A stretch of 64,000 bases of DNA from an uncultured Nitrospiraceae bacterium (GTDB lineage Bacteria > Nitrospirota > Nitrospiria > Nitrospirales > Nitrospiraceae). Position numbers and translations under genes: made by a program. The notes below the pieces were generated by a model, which worked only from the letters and a program-made list of their open reading frames with translations, searched no databases and was not told where the DNA came from. Location of the stretch: contig CAVSTP010000003.1 of assembly GCA_963730935.1 (NCBI GenBank), forward strand, positions 736,001 through 800,000, written 5' to 3'. How positions within the stretch are numbered: the stretch's first letter is position 1; every line of letters begins with the position of its first letter. This document shows positions 1-10,352 of this stretch, one piece after another.

Positions 1-2
1 CC

Positions 3-182
3 AAGGAAGTAGGGATCAATCTTTTCGTCATCCGTCCAGACGAGATTCCTGCGGGTCTCGGACTCTTAGAGATCGATGCCAAGGTGATCGAATTCGTCAA
101 GGGGCAGGAACGAAAAAAGATGAAGGATTATCTCGCGGATTTGGAAGCACACAATCTTCGATTTGCACCGCCGCTAAGCTGA
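3..182 (+). CDS. 3' end of a hypothetical protein (truncated by window edge)
   Basis: Open frame KEVGINLFVIRPDEIPAG...RFAPPLS* from the window edge to TGA at 180-182. Confidence 0.6.
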   Translation, partial: KEVGINLFVIRPDEIPAGLGLLEIDAKVIEFVKGQERKKMKDYLADLEAHNLRFAPPLS

Positions 183-228
183 TTCCTCTCTTCGCCATGT
201 GCTCTTCGGGAGACAACACGGAACGCTC

Positions 229-909
229 ATGCCTCGAGTGTTGAGAATCGGCCATCGCGGTGCTGCCGGACATGCGCCGGAGAATACCTTAGCCGCTGTT
301 CGTAAGGGGATCGAACTCGACGTCGATTTCGTGGAGATCGACCTGCGTCAGACGGCAGACGGCGTCCTCGTTGTGCTTCATGATGCGACTGTCAATCGAA
401 CCACCAACGGGAAAGGACGAGTCGATGCTCTATCCTTTGCCGAAGTCGGGGGGCTCGATACCGGGAACGGGGAGCGTATCCCGATGCTTGAAGAGGTGCT
501 CAAGATGGCTGGAGGACACACAGGACTGATGTTGGAACTCAAGGTCGCTGGGCTGGCTCATCTGACTGTGGAAGCCGTGCAGAAGGCCCGATTGGACACT
601 CCCGTCATCTATGCCTCGTTCTTACATGAGGAACTCACGCACGTTCGGGCGATCGAGACAGAGGCTGCGCTCATGGTCTTGTTCGATAGGCTGCCGCACG
701 CTCCGGTGGACTATGCGATGCAATATCACCCGGCTTACGTCGGTCTTCGGCACGACAGAGCCACCGAACGGCTTGTCGACGCATTCCATCGAGAGCACGT
801 GCTGGTGTGGGTCTACACCGCGAATAGCCTCGCTGAAATCACGCGTGCAATCTCTATCGGTGTTGACGGCGTGATCTCCAACTTTCCTGAGCGCATCCCC
901 ACCCAGTAA
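229..909 (+). CDS. Glycerophosphodiester phosphodiesterase (GDPD/UgpQ family)
   Basis: IGHRG, PENT, VEIDL, HD and VDGVISN motifs; ATG at 229 preferred to GTG at 199. Confidence 0.9.
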   Translation: MPRVLRIGHRGAAGHAPENTLAAVRKGIELDVDFVEIDLRQTADGVLVVLHDATVNRTTNGKGRVDALSFAEVGGLDTGNGERIPMLEEVLKMAGGHTGLMLELKVAGLAHLTVEAVQKARLDTPVIYASFLHEELTHVRAIETEAALMVLFDRLPHAPVDYAMQYHPAYVGLRHDRATERLVDAFHREHVLVWVYTANSLAEITRAISIGVDGVISNFPERIPTQ

Positions 910-1141
910 CTGACTCAGACATGTCCGTGCTCTCTACGGACCATGGGCTGACGTCGGGTTCTATGCGCGAATCATTTGGCTCGAATGACTGCCAACTCGG
1001 TTGCCCATCTCAATAGTTACCGCTGTTCCGAGAAGGTCCTAGCTGGGCTGACCCTTGGTTGAGACGCTTTCGACCCTGGGCACGTGCGTTGACGCGCTAT
1101 AGAAGGATGGGCTAGGCTCCCTCTTCGCCTTTCCAGGAGAG

Positions 1142-1810
1142 ATGGTTATGAAACCTTGTAGGATTTCGCTTCTAACTTTCATGTTTGCCTGTTGTTTGGC
1201 AACCGGTGCCTGGACGGTCAAGGCGGCAGAGCCTTCCTTCGAACTAACCGCCCGCTATATTTTCGAGGTCGTCAAGGCGTTTCGAACGGCCTACGTGCTA
1301 AAAGTCGTCGAGCATGCCAGGGACGGTGGTGTTCGACCGAACGAGGAGTGGCAGAAGGATTCGCATTTCATTCCGTTACCGGCGCAGTTCGTCAAGGCGG
1401 CTGCCGATCAACTCGACAATTTCGAGATCGGCCTGATCGGGCTCACACCGGTCAATCAGGCCAATTTTCCAAAGACGCAGGCCGAGACAGACGCGCTTCT
1501 CCAGCTCATGAAAAATCGGGAGCGGTCGGTGACCTCCTTTGTTGACGGCGATCAATTCAAAGCCATTTCAGCAGACTTGGCGCTGGTGCAATCGTGCGTG
1601 GACTGTCACAACCACCACCCGAAAGCCACGCGACGGAATTTCCAACGATGGGATGTCATGGGGGGGCTCGTCGTGCGATTGAAACGCGAGGCACGCTCTG
1701 AAGGCTCAGAGATCGGTCCAGAGATCGGCCCAGAGCCTTCAAACCGTCCCATGGGCCCGATTGAGAGGATGACCCCTCCGATGACGACCCCGCCGCCCTG
1801 GGTTCGATAG
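1142..1810 (+). CDS. Exported DUF3365/Tll0287-like c-type heme protein
   Basis: Signal peptide, single CVDCH heme motif followed by DVMGGL; GGAG RBS; Pro-rich tail. Confidence 0.7.
   Translation: MVMKPCRISLLTFMFACCLATGAWTVKAAEPSFELTARYIFEVVKAFRTAYVLKVVEHARDGGVRPNEEWQKDSHFIPLPAQFVKAAADQLDNFEIGLIGLTPVNQANFPKTQAETDALLQLMKNRERSVTSFVDGDQFKAISADLALVQSCVDCHNHHPKATRRNFQRWDVMGGLVVRLKREARSEGSEIGPEIGPEPSNRPMGPIERMTPPMTTPPPWVR
1707..1735 (+). repeat. 12-bp tandem repeat (CAGAGATCGGYC, ~2.4 copies) encoding EIGP-EIGP
   Basis: Read directly from the sequence. Confidence 0.7.
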
Positions 1811-1823
1811 GCGAGACCACCTC

Positions 1824-1853
1824 TTGACGCTCAACGCCAGGGGGGCGTAGGCT
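1824..1853 (+). promoter_or_regulatory. Putative sigma70 promoter for the 2118 gene
   Basis: TTGACG-N18-TAGGCT. Confidence 0.4.
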
Positions 1854-2117
1854 TCACCTAGTACTTTTGCCGCCTCGCAATCGAGGTCGCATTATGGTCC
1901 TCCGTGGTAGCCAGAACCGGCCGCGTGGACCTGCCAGGTGTTCGCCTCTCACCAGACGGGACCTACTCCCTCAGACTGTGCCATGTGAGCCATTACCGCG
2001 CTGTGGTGTTCCAGCCGCGGTTTCTCTCTCGCCAGCGTCATTTCACCATACATGTCCAAGTCGGCCGAAACTTCAGGCCATGGCCGCGGTTTTGCCCGAT
2101 GCGGAAAGGAGGTTCGT

Positions 2118-3065
2118 ATGCCCTATCGCTTCAACAGCGTAGACATCCTTGTGGGTGTCGGTCTGTGCGCGATCGTTTTTGGTGCGATGATACTTGTTGT
2201 AGCAACCAGCGGCGCGTTTCTCGTCAGCGGGCCGCAGTCAGCAGCGATAGATGAGGCACTCCCCTCAACAGAGGCAGCCTGGCTGCAGCCGGCCTTGGGG
2301 CAGGCCATTGTTGAGCGGGCGATACTGCAACAGCGTACGGACCAGATCACGGCATCAGCGACAGCTGAATGGAATCAGGCCATGATGGCGCACCGTAACC
2401 TGCAATCGATCCAGGGCGGCCCATTGGCCTTCGTGATGGACCGTGCAGCAAAGGTTCCCCAAGAGCATGACGCGAGGGTGCAAACAGTGATGGGACGGAC
2501 TATTGTGAATTTCACGCAGCGCGGGATTCGCAGTGGTGTGCTGTCGGCTGACTTGTATCTCTCGGATTACAATCAAGGCATGATTGCTGCCACTGAAATC
2601 CGTGGCCGGCGGATGCACGACGAGTTTGCGTCGACATGGCAATCAGTGCTCGGGCGATGGATTGTCGATGTGAGTCGCGAGTACATGCGCCGGACGGCCG
2701 AAGTTCAAGAGCAATTGGGGACCGCAATAGTGCATATGACACAGGCGAAAATGGGCTTGGAGGGTGCGTGGGCAACCAATCAGTACCAGCTGGGCAGCCT
2801 GATGGCTGCTGTCGACCGCACCCCCCCAATGGACGAGGGGGCGGCATTTCTCGCCTCAGGCGATGGCACGCGATCACAGTTCAGTACCTCCTTTAGACTG
2901 CCTTTGATTCCCGACATTCAGGTCGGTTATCTCCTTGCCGCTGCCATGCTGTTGTGCGGTGTTTTCTTCGGAGGCCTCGTCCTGTCTGCGGCATCGCGAG
3001 AGGCGAAAGCGCTCGCAGAATCGAGACGAAACGCCGGCAGATGGGTCTACCGCATGGCATCGTAA
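2118..3065 (+). CDS. Hypothetical membrane protein with two terminal TM helices and internal QxxLGxxIV repeats
   Basis: AAGGAGG RBS before ATG 2118; hydrophobic segments near both termini. Confidence 0.75.
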   Translation: MPYRFNSVDILVGVGLCAIVFGAMILVVATSGAFLVSGPQSAAIDEALPSTEAAWLQPALGQAIVERAILQQRTDQITASATAEWNQAMMAHRNLQSIQGGPLAFVMDRAAKVPQEHDARVQTVMGRTIVNFTQRGIRSGVLSADLYLSDYNQGMIAATEIRGRRMHDEFASTWQSVLGRWIVDVSREYMRRTAEVQEQLGTAIVHMTQAKMGLEGAWATNQYQLGSLMAAVDRTPPMDEGAAFLASGDGTRSQFSTSFRLPLIPDIQVGYLLAAAMLLCGVFFGGLVLSAASREAKALAESRRNAGRWVYRMAS

Positions 3066-3078
3066 TAGGCCGGAAAGA

Positions 3079-3114
3079 TCTTCTGCGGGCCATCGATGTG
3101 TGGCCCGCAGAAGA
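3079..3114. terminator. 14-bp perfect stem-loop, terminator-like (no U tract)
   Basis: TCTTCTGCGGGCCA / TGGCCCGCAGAAGA just after the stop at 3065. Confidence 0.55.
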
Positions 3115-3301
3115 GTGATTGCGCCGCCCAACTTTCCCTGCTCCGCCCTTTCTCGCCGATACCCGAGATCTTGCATCCCCCTGCGTTCTCCACGAGAGGG
3201 GACACTGACCCCATCAATGCTCTTAGAGCCTCCGTCTAGAAACCTAGGATGTGATGAGGCTATGCTAGCCAGGCCGCAGCGTTCACCTAAGGAGATGTCA
3301 T

Positions 3302-3661
3302 ATGAAGGGTTACCCGTGGCTAAGCTTCGTCATCCAGTTGACGGTGTGTGTGACGGTGGCGGGAGCGGGAGCGGCTGAAGTGGTCACGCCCGTGGTCAAA
3401 TCGACCTGTATGATCTCCTGGGATCCGAGCGAGGATGATACGCGAATTATCGAATACCGCCTCACCGTCTGGATGGTAAACGGGCAGCGAGCTGCCGAGA
3501 AGACCACGCATGTCGTCAAGGCTCCGACGACGCAAGTCTCCTGCAAGGAGGTCGGAGCGACCAAAATCGGCCAATGGCAGGCAACGGTTCAGGCGTGCCT
3601 CAACGACGGTACGTGTAGTCAGGCGAGCAAACCCCTGTCGTTCAAGGTGGCCGAAAAGTAA
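3302..3661 (+). CDS. Small secreted beta-rich (FN3-like) protein with cysteines
   Basis: AAGGAG RBS, signal peptide, ISWDP...IEYRL pattern reminiscent of fibronectin type III. Confidence 0.6.
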   Translation: MKGYPWLSFVIQLTVCVTVAGAGAAEVVTPVVKSTCMISWDPSEDDTRIIEYRLTVWMVNGQRAAEKTTHVVKAPTTQVSCKEVGATKIGQWQATVQACLNDGTCSQASKPLSFKVAEK

Positions 3662-3774
3662 ACGAGGTCGGGTTCGACTTCTGAGCCCTTACGTCGGCCT
3701 TCCAGCCCGTTCACAGCTTGTACAAATCTCAAAAATCGTTACCTGATCCATCGGTCCTTGTGTAGAGTAGGCCC

Positions 3775-4170
3775 ATGCAGGGCTCTCCGCTAGCGCCAGA
3801 GGTGTCGCGGCCTCCCACGCTCAATCGCTTCCGGCGTCACCCCCGTGTCCGCATCGAGACGCCGTTTGCATGCGCGCTCTCACCGCTGCGGTCTCGCCGT
3901 TGGCTGAGAAGGCCTCCAACGAATCTGGGCCTGGTATACGATCTCTCGGTGCGCGGCGCGCGCGTGTGTACGGAGGCCCCGTTTAAGCCGGGGGACGAGG
4001 TGACGGTGAGTATGCGATTGCCCAGGCAAATCCGTTCGGCTGAGATCGCCGTGGCGACCATCCGCTGGACCAAAGACCAGTTTTACGGACTGGCGTTTCG
4101 ACGCCTATCCTTCGACGCTCATGACCGGCTGAAGAAATTCGTTTCGATTGCATCACGATCGATGAGGTAG
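3775..4170 (+). CDS. PilZ domain protein
   Basis: RRHPR (RxxxR) and DLSVRG (DxSxxG) c-di-GMP-binding motifs. Confidence 0.85.
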   Translation: MQGSPLAPEVSRPPTLNRFRRHPRVRIETPFACALSPLRSRRWLRRPPTNLGLVYDLSVRGARVCTEAPFKPGDEVTVSMRLPRQIRSAEIAVATIRWTKDQFYGLAFRRLSFDAHDRLKKFVSIASRSMR

Positions 4171-4174
4171 CCTG

Positions 4175-4552
4175 ATGGAGGAAGTCGAACCACAACGCGA
4201 GGTGGGAGTAGATCTACGCCGGTATCCGAGGTATCGAGTGTCGGCTCCATTTCCCTGTGCGTTTTCCCTCTTGGGCCTGAAGCGCTGGACGGCCGTCGAC
4301 CGCAACGGCCTGGGCGTCGTCCTCGATGTCTCGCTGGGGGGTGCGAAGGTCATGAGCACAGCGGTGATGAACCCGGGAGACCACCTGGCCGTGAGCTTCC
4401 GAATGCCCGACCACGTGACGGCTCTGCAGCTGGATGCGAGGGTCAGGTGGATCAAGGATCAGCTCTTCGGGCTGGAGTTCCTCTCGATCCCTCTTCCGGT
4501 CGAAATGCGCCTCAAGAAGTTCCTTGCCCGCTCGTCGCAGCCCTCGGCCTGA
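4175..4552 (+). CDS. PilZ domain protein
   Basis: RRYPR and DVSLGG motifs; paralogous to the upstream gene. Confidence 0.85.
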   Translation: MEEVEPQREVGVDLRRYPRYRVSAPFPCAFSLLGLKRWTAVDRNGLGVVLDVSLGGAKVMSTAVMNPGDHLAVSFRMPDHVTALQLDARVRWIKDQLFGLEFLSIPLPVEMRLKKFLARSSQPSA

Positions 4553-4668
4553 CGCCACGACGTCTTCGCCGGTCTGGTCCCCATACTGAAATCGACACAT
4601 CCGTTTACTTGAGAATTCGACTCGAGGGCAGAGGAGGGGAAGGATCCCGACGGAATGCCGGGATCCTG

Positions 4669-6996
4669 CTACTTGATGGCGACCGCTTTCACTTCTTTGA
4701 AGGTGGTCAGGCCCTGCAAGCACTTCTGGATGCCGTCCTGCATCAGGGTCGTCATCCCATCTTCCATGGCGGCTTTGACCATTTCTTCCGTCTTGGCTTT
4801 CGTCTGAATCAGCCGTTTCAGCTTGTCGGTCCCCAAGCACAATTCGTGCAGAGCCACTCGGCCTTTGAATCCCGTCCGGTTGCAGGTCTCACAGCCTTTC
4901 CCGCGCGAGAGCCGGAAGGCATTGTCCAGCGGGATGCCGAGCTTGTCCCACCCGTCCGGCCCGTAGCCTTGGCGGATTTCCTCATATTCTTCCTTTGTGC
5001 CCACATACTGCTCCTTGCAGTCCTTGCAGACCCTGCGCGCCAGGCGCTGGGCCATTACGCCGAGCATGGCATCGGCGAAGCTGAAGGAATCGCAGCCCAT
5101 GTCCAGCAAGCGGGTCACGGTTTCCACCGCGCTGTTGGTGTGCAGCGTGCTCAGCACGAGGTGGCCGGTGAGCGAGGCTTCAATGCCAATTTCGGCCGTT
5201 TCTTTATCGCGCATTTCTCCCACCATGATCACGTCCGGGTCGGCGCGGAGAAATGCCCGCATGGCCTTCGCAAAGGTGAAATCGATCTTGGGCTGTACCT
5301 GGACTTGTCTGAGCCCATATTGAGTGATTTCGACCGGATCTTCCGCCGTCCAAATCTTGATGTCGGGCGTGTTGATGAATCCCAGGACCGAATGCAGCGT
5401 CGTCGTTTTTCCGGAGCCAGTTGGGCCGACGCAGAGAATGATGCCGTAGGGCTTTTCGGCGATGTCCTTGATCGCCTTCAGATTGCGATCGGAAAAGCCC
5501 ATCTTGTCGAGCGGCAGTGGTTCGCTCGCCGCGAGAATACGCATCACCACGTCTTCGTTGTAGCCGGCGGTCGGAATCGTCGCGACACGAAGCTCGATTT
5601 CTCTGGTCTCGCTGAGTTTGAATTTGATCTTCCCGTCCTGCGGTTTTCTGCGCTCCGCAATGTCGAGGCTCGCCATGATCTTTAAGCGCGACACGATTGC
5701 CCGCCGATAGCTCTGCGGGATTTTCATGTATTCGAAACAGTCGCCATCGACCCGAAAGCGCACCAACGTTTCCCGTTTCTCACCATACGGCTCGATGTGG
5801 ATGTCCGAGGCGTTCTGCCGGTATGCATCGGCGATGATCTGGTTGGCCAGGCGGACGATCGCACTGTCGTTTTCGTCCAGGCCGCCGCCCATGCCTGATT
5901 CTTCCGCGGCTTCGGCCTGGGCTTCCGTGACCAACTCGCCCAGAATGTCGGAGACGTTTTCGTCCAGTTTGCGTCCGGCATTGCCATCGCCGGTGCCGGT
6001 GGCCGAATTCAAGAACTGGGCAATGTCCCGTCTCAGGCTGACCGCAAATCGGATATTGAGGCCGGGGAAGGTGCGTTTGATGTCCGCGACGCGGTCGAGA
6101 TCGCCTGGATCGTCCGTTAGGATCTCGATGGCCGTTCGGTCGCGCTTGAGCGGCATCCAATGATTCTTTTTTAGATAGTCGACATTGAGGTTTCTCAGCA
6201 GTTCGATATCGACGAGGGTGCGCTCGCTGTATTCGATGTAGGGACACTTGTGAAATTGCGCGATGGACCTGCCGATCTCCATCTTAGGCACTTTGTATTT
6301 TTCGATCAGAATGCCTTCGAGGTCCGAGGAAATGCTTTTGCGTGCCTCGGCGATGGCGTTGTCGAGCTCGTTTTGAGTGATTTTGCCGTTGGTCACGAGC
6401 ATGTCGAACTTGGTCGAGGCTTTCTTCGTTGTGACCTTCTTGAGATTGAAGAAGGCAATGCCCAGCGCCTTGGCGATTTCGGCGACCGATTCCTCGTCCT
6501 TCCGTGTGAAACGGAGTCCGCTTTTCTTGTTAAGCAGCTGCAGGACGCCCATAAGGTACTTATTGTCCGCGACGATCGGATACGTCAGGACCTGTTTGGT
6601 CTTGAATCCCGTGCGCTTATCGTAGGACGTATCATGACTGAGCGACGGATGGATGCCCTGCAGTTCCGCCGTGTTATAGGCGTCCGCAATGTTCACGGGC
6701 CGCAAGTATTTGGCGCAGAAGCCGGCCAGGCTCTGCTCGGTGATCGGGATGCGGACCTCCTCGATCGTATCGATGTGGGGGACCTTGTAGAAGATTTCTT
6801 TCTTGTCGGCGTCAAAGGCAAACAGGGTGAGGTCCTCGGCATCAAAGAGGCCCAGAATATCCTTGTGCAGGTCGAGCAGGATTTGGTCTAGATTGCTGGC
6901 CGCGTGGATTTGATTGGTGATCCGCTTGACATGTTCCGCGAATTCGACTTTTTGCTGAAGTTCCTGCAAGTTTTGCGTCGGAGGTTTGGCCTGCAT
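4669..6996 (-). CDS. GAF-domain-containing GspE/PilB family secretion/pilus assembly ATPase
   Basis: N-terminal GAF (YDKRTGFKTKQVLTYPI...GVLQLLNK), Walker A GPTGSGKTT, EDPVE, LRADPD, HTN His box, two CxxC. Confidence 0.9.
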   Translation of the reverse strand: MQAKPPTQNLQELQQKVEFAEHVKRITNQIHAASNLDQILLDLHKDILGLFDAEDLTLFAFDADKKEIFYKVPHIDTIEEVRIPITEQSLAGFCAKYLRPVNIADAYNTAELQGIHPSLSHDTSYDKRTGFKTKQVLTYPIVADNKYLMGVLQLLNKKSGLRFTRKDEESVAEIAKALGIAFFNLKKVTTKKASTKFDMLVTNGKITQNELDNAIAEARKSISSDLEGILIEKYKVPKMEIGRSIAQFHKCPYIEYSERTLVDIELLRNLNVDYLKKNHWMPLKRDRTAIEILTDDPGDLDRVADIKRTFPGLNIRFAVSLRRDIAQFLNSATGTGDGNAGRKLDENVSDILGELVTEAQAEAAEESGMGGGLDENDSAIVRLANQIIADAYRQNASDIHIEPYGEKRETLVRFRVDGDCFEYMKIPQSYRRAIVSRLKIMASLDIAERRKPQDGKIKFKLSETREIELRVATIPTAGYNEDVVMRILAASEPLPLDKMGFSDRNLKAIKDIAEKPYGIILCVGPTGSGKTTTLHSVLGFINTPDIKIWTAEDPVEITQYGLRQVQVQPKIDFTFAKAMRAFLRADPDVIMVGEMRDKETAEIGIEASLTGHLVLSTLHTNSAVETVTRLLDMGCDSFSFADAMLGVMAQRLARRVCKDCKEQYVGTKEEYEEIRQGYGPDGWDKLGIPLDNAFRLSRGKGCETCNRTGFKGRVALHELCLGTDKLKRLIQTKAKTEEMVKAAMEDGMTTLMQDGIQKCLQGLTTFKEVKAVAIK

Positions 6997-7184
6997 CTGT
7001 GCTCCTCTGAGGAACCGATCACACGATTGCGGTCATGCCGGTGGCTGTCCTACAGCCGCGGCGCAAAGATATTCTTTTTTGAGTCGAGACTCAGTCTAGC
7101 CCAACAGAGCGGGAAGGCAAGGAAAAGGCGCTTTCGCGATGAAGTCGCTTGGTGGCGGAAACGGCGCAGAATAAATGGTTGGAA

Positions 7185-8897
7185 TCAGGAGTCCGATCGT
7201 CCCGAAGAAGCCATGGCGAGAATGCCCTGCGGGACGTCGGTTGGAGGGAGTTTGGTCTTCACGCCGGTATTGCGGGATTTCACTTCCAGCAGGCCTTCGG
7301 CGAGGCCCTTATCGCCGACGATCACTTGATACGGTGCGCCGATCAAGTCGGCATCGTTGAATTTCACCCCTGCGCGCTCGTCCCGATCATCCCACAGGAC
7401 CTCGAGACCCACCGCTTCCAACGCCGTATAGAGCTTGGTGGCCGCATCGATCACGGTGGTAGATTGGCCGAGAGCGATGAGATGCACATGGAACGGCGCG
7501 ATGGGAAACGGCCATACGATCCCCTTGTCATCATGGTTCTGCTCGACCGCCGCCGCTGCCGTCCGGCCGATACCGATCCCGTAGCACCCCATGACCGCCA
7601 GGCATTCCTTCCCGTTGGGATCGAGGAACGAGGCACTCATGGCCTGGCTGTATTTGGTGCCGAGCATGAAGACGTGGCCCACCTCAATCCCCTTGGTGGT
7701 CTTCAGGACGCCGTCCTTCCGTGGCGAGGGATCCCCGGCCCGGGCGTTGCGCAGATCCGCGAATTGCTCCACGTGAAAATCGCGCGGACAGTTGACGTCG
7801 ACCAAATGCGTATCGAGTTGGTTCCCGCCGACGACGACGTTTGTGCTCGCCTTGACGGCATGATCGGCGACGATACGTACCTTCAACCCTACCGGCCCCG
7901 CGAAGCCCACCGGCGCGCCGGTCACTTTTTCCACAGTCGCGGGACCGGCCAGTTCCAGATCGGTCACGCCGAGCAGGCGCTTGAGCTTGATTTCGTTTGC
8001 GTCATGGTCGCCGCGGATCAAGACGGCCACGGTCTCAGAGCCCGTCGAATAGAGCAGGGTCTTGACCAGCTTGGATGCCTCGACCTTCAAAAACCTCGTC
8101 ACTTCCTCGACGGTTCGGCAGCCCGGAGTGTTGACGCTGCGCAGAGGGCGGAGCGCTTCCTTGCTCTCCTCATTCGGTGGCAGCACCTCGGCGCGTTCGA
8201 CGTTGGCCGCATAGGTGCCTGGTTCGCTGTAGACGACCGTTTCTTCTCCGGTGTCCGCGAGAACCATAAACTCGTGGGAGGACGTGCCTCCGATCAAGCC
8301 AGTGTCGGCTTCCACGGCCCTGAAGTTGAGCCCACAGCGGGCAAAAACGCGGTGATACGCGTCGTACATCTTCTGATAGCTCAGGCGCGCTCCTGCCTCG
8401 TCCCGGTCGAAGCTGTAGGCGTCTTTCATGATGAATTCGCGCCCGCGCATGAGTCCGAAGCGGGGCCGGATTTCGTCACGGAACTTCGTTTGAATCTGAT
8501 AGAAATTCAGCGGCAGTTGCCGGTAAGAGCGGACTTCACGGCGGAACAAATCCGTGATGACCTCCTCGTGAGTCGGGCCAAGGCAAAAGTCGCGTTCGTG
8601 CCGGTCCTTGAAGCGAATCAGTTCCTTGCCGTAGTAATCCCAGCGGCCGGTTTCCCTCCACAATTCCGCGGGGGAGGCAATCGGCATCAACAGTTCCTGG
8701 GCGCCAGCCCGGTTCATTTCTTCCCGGACGATCTGTTCCACTTTGCGGATGATCCTCAGACCCAGTGGGAGATAGGTATAGATGCCGGCGGCCACCTTGC
8801 GAATCAGTCCAGCGCGAAGCATTAGCCGGTGGCTAACGGTTTCGGCTTCCCCGGGATCTTCCCGCAGGGTGGGGAGAAGGAGTTGAGACGTGCGCAT
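7185..8897 (-). CDS. proS: Proline--tRNA ligase
   Basis: [29 protein letters not shown] motifs; INS editing domain. Confidence 0.97.
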   Translation of the reverse strand: MRTSQLLLPTLREDPGEAETVSHRLMLRAGLIRKVAAGIYTYLPLGLRIIRKVEQIVREEMNRAGAQELLMPIASPAELWRETGRWDYYGKELIRFKDRHERDFCLGPTHEEVITDLFRREVRSYRQLPLNFYQIQTKFRDEIRPRFGLMRGREFIMKDAYSFDRDEAGARLSYQKMYDAYHRVFARCGLNFRAVEADTGLIGGTSSHEFMVLADTGEETVVYSEPGTYAANVERAEVLPPNEESKEALRPLRSVNTPGCRTVEEVTRFLKVEASKLVKTLLYSTGSETVAVLIRGDHDANEIKLKRLLGVTDLELAGPATVEKVTGAPVGFAGPVGLKVRIVADHAVKASTNVVVGGNQLDTHLVDVNCPRDFHVEQFADLRNARAGDPSPRKDGVLKTTKGIEVGHVFMLGTKYSQAMSASFLDPNGKECLAVMGCYGIGIGRTAAAAVEQNHDDKGIVWPFPIAPFHVHLIALGQSTTVIDAATKLYTALEAVGLEVLWDDRDERAGVKFNDADLIGAPYQVIVGDKGLAEGLLEVKSRNTGVKTKLPPTDVPQGILAMASSGRSDS

Positions 8898-8903
8898 GAA
8901 GCG

Positions 8904-10301
8904 TCAGTGGGAGAAGAAGATCCGTTCGAGGTCGTTCCAAAAAGCAAAGATCATGACGCCTACGAGAAGGACCAATCCGACCTGCTGCGCCAATTCTCGC
9001 TGCCGTTCGCCCAACGGCTTGCGCAGGATGCCCTCGATCAGGAAGAAAAGCAAGTGGCCGCCGTCGAGGATCGGAATGGGCAGGAGATTCAACACACCCA
9101 GGTTGATGCTCAGCAGCGCAATAAGGAAGATCACATTGGCCGGGCCTTGCGCAGCGGCTTCGCCGGAAATCTTGGCGATCGTCAAGGGGCCGCCGATGTT
9201 CTTGCTCGAGATATCGCCCACGATCATCTTGTACAGACCCACGACGGTCAACTCGGTCCACTTATAGGTGGCTTCCAGGCCGTTATAGATCGCGGCCAGC
9301 GGAGTCGCGGATCGCATCAGCGAGCGGTCTGGTCCCGCGATACCAATTTTGCCGATCTGCACCGTCTGGCCGTTCACTGTCGTGCTTTCTGCGACAGGCG
9401 TGACCGACAGAGAGACCCGATGACCGTCGCGCAAGACGTCCACCTGGAGGGTTTTCCCCGGATTGTCTTTCACCAGGCTCGTCATCTGCGTCCAGGTATG
9501 GATGGGGGTGCCGTCGATTGACAGGACCCGATCGCCTTCCTTGAAGCCTGCAGTCGCCGCTGGTTTGCCGGGCACCACTTCGTTGACGACGGGAGGAATC
9601 TCCTCGATGCCGAGATAGTAGCCTGCCTCCTCGCCCTTATGGGCCGGTCCAGGCGCCGGAATCGGCGTCACGGTCAGGGTTTCAAGGCGGCCGTCCCGCA
9701 ACACTTCCAGCGCGAGCGGGGCGCCCTTTCCTTTGGCGGCGGCGTCGAGCAGTTCCACGCGGGTCGCAATGTCGCGGCCGTCGATCTTCTTGATTTGGTC
9801 GCCAACCATCAGCCCGGCCTTTGCGGCCGGGGAGTCGGGTGCCACCGCTTCCAGAACCGGCGCGATATCCTTGAACGACGGCACCGGCAGCGTATAGCCG
9901 GTGGCGAGCCAAGCCGCAAAGATGAGATAGGCAAGAATGAAATTGAACCCGGGCCCGGCGGAGACGATCAGCACCTTGCCCCACAGATTCTGATGGATGA
10001 AGGACCGTCTTCGATCCTCGGGAGTAATCGCCTCCGCCTCATCTTCGCCGAAGAGCTTGACGTAGCCGCCCAATGGGATGGCAGAGACCAGATACTCCGT
10101 TTCTCCGACTTGCCGCCCAAAGAGCTTCGGTCCGAACCCCAGGGAAAACTTCAACACCTTTACGCCGACCCAGCGCGCGGCGAGGAAATGGCCGAGTTCA
10201 TGAAAGGCGACGAGTACCCCGAGCACGACGAGAAACCACCAGGTCTTCTGCAACAGGAGCCAGAGACTATCGGGCGACAAGGTCCAGGCGAAAAAGGTCA
10301 T
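8904..10301 (-). CDS. rseP: RIP metalloprotease RseP with two PDZ domains
   Basis: HELGH, NLLPIPILDGG; follows dxr. Confidence 0.95.
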   Translation of the reverse strand: MTFFAWTLSPDSLWLLLQKTWWFLVVLGVLVAFHELGHFLAARWVGVKVLKFSLGFGPKLFGRQVGETEYLVSAIPLGGYVKLFGEDEAEAITPEDRRRSFIHQNLWGKVLIVSAGPGFNFILAYLIFAAWLATGYTLPVPSFKDIAPVLEAVAPDSPAAKAGLMVGDQIKKIDGRDIATRVELLDAAAKGKGAPLALEVLRDGRLETLTVTPIPAPGPAHKGEEAGYYLGIEEIPPVVNEVVPGKPAATAGFKEGDRVLSIDGTPIHTWTQMTSLVKDNPGKTLQVDVLRDGHRVSLSVTPVAESTTVNGQTVQIGKIGIAGPDRSLMRSATPLAAIYNGLEATYKWTELTVVGLYKMIVGDISSKNIGGPLTIAKISGEAAAQGPANVIFLIALLSINLGVLNLLPIPILDGGHLLFFLIEGILRKPLGERQRELAQQVGLVLLVGVMIFAFWNDLERIFFSH

Positions 10302-10352
10302 GGTTCATACTCGATGGTGAAGGTTTGCAATGGTCACGGCTTGTATACTTTC

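Noticed and set aside
1909..1936. AGCCAG...GACCTGCC resembling the 3' end of a cobalamin riboswitch
   Set aside because: Spacing is wrong and the upstream GGGAA and GCCACTG elements are missing
4447..5685. 412-aa plus-strand ORF
   Set aside because: Antisense shadow of the PilB/GspE ATPase
7149..8825. 558-aa plus-strand ORF
   Set aside because: Antisense shadow of proS with no motifs; expected from GC-rich codon bias
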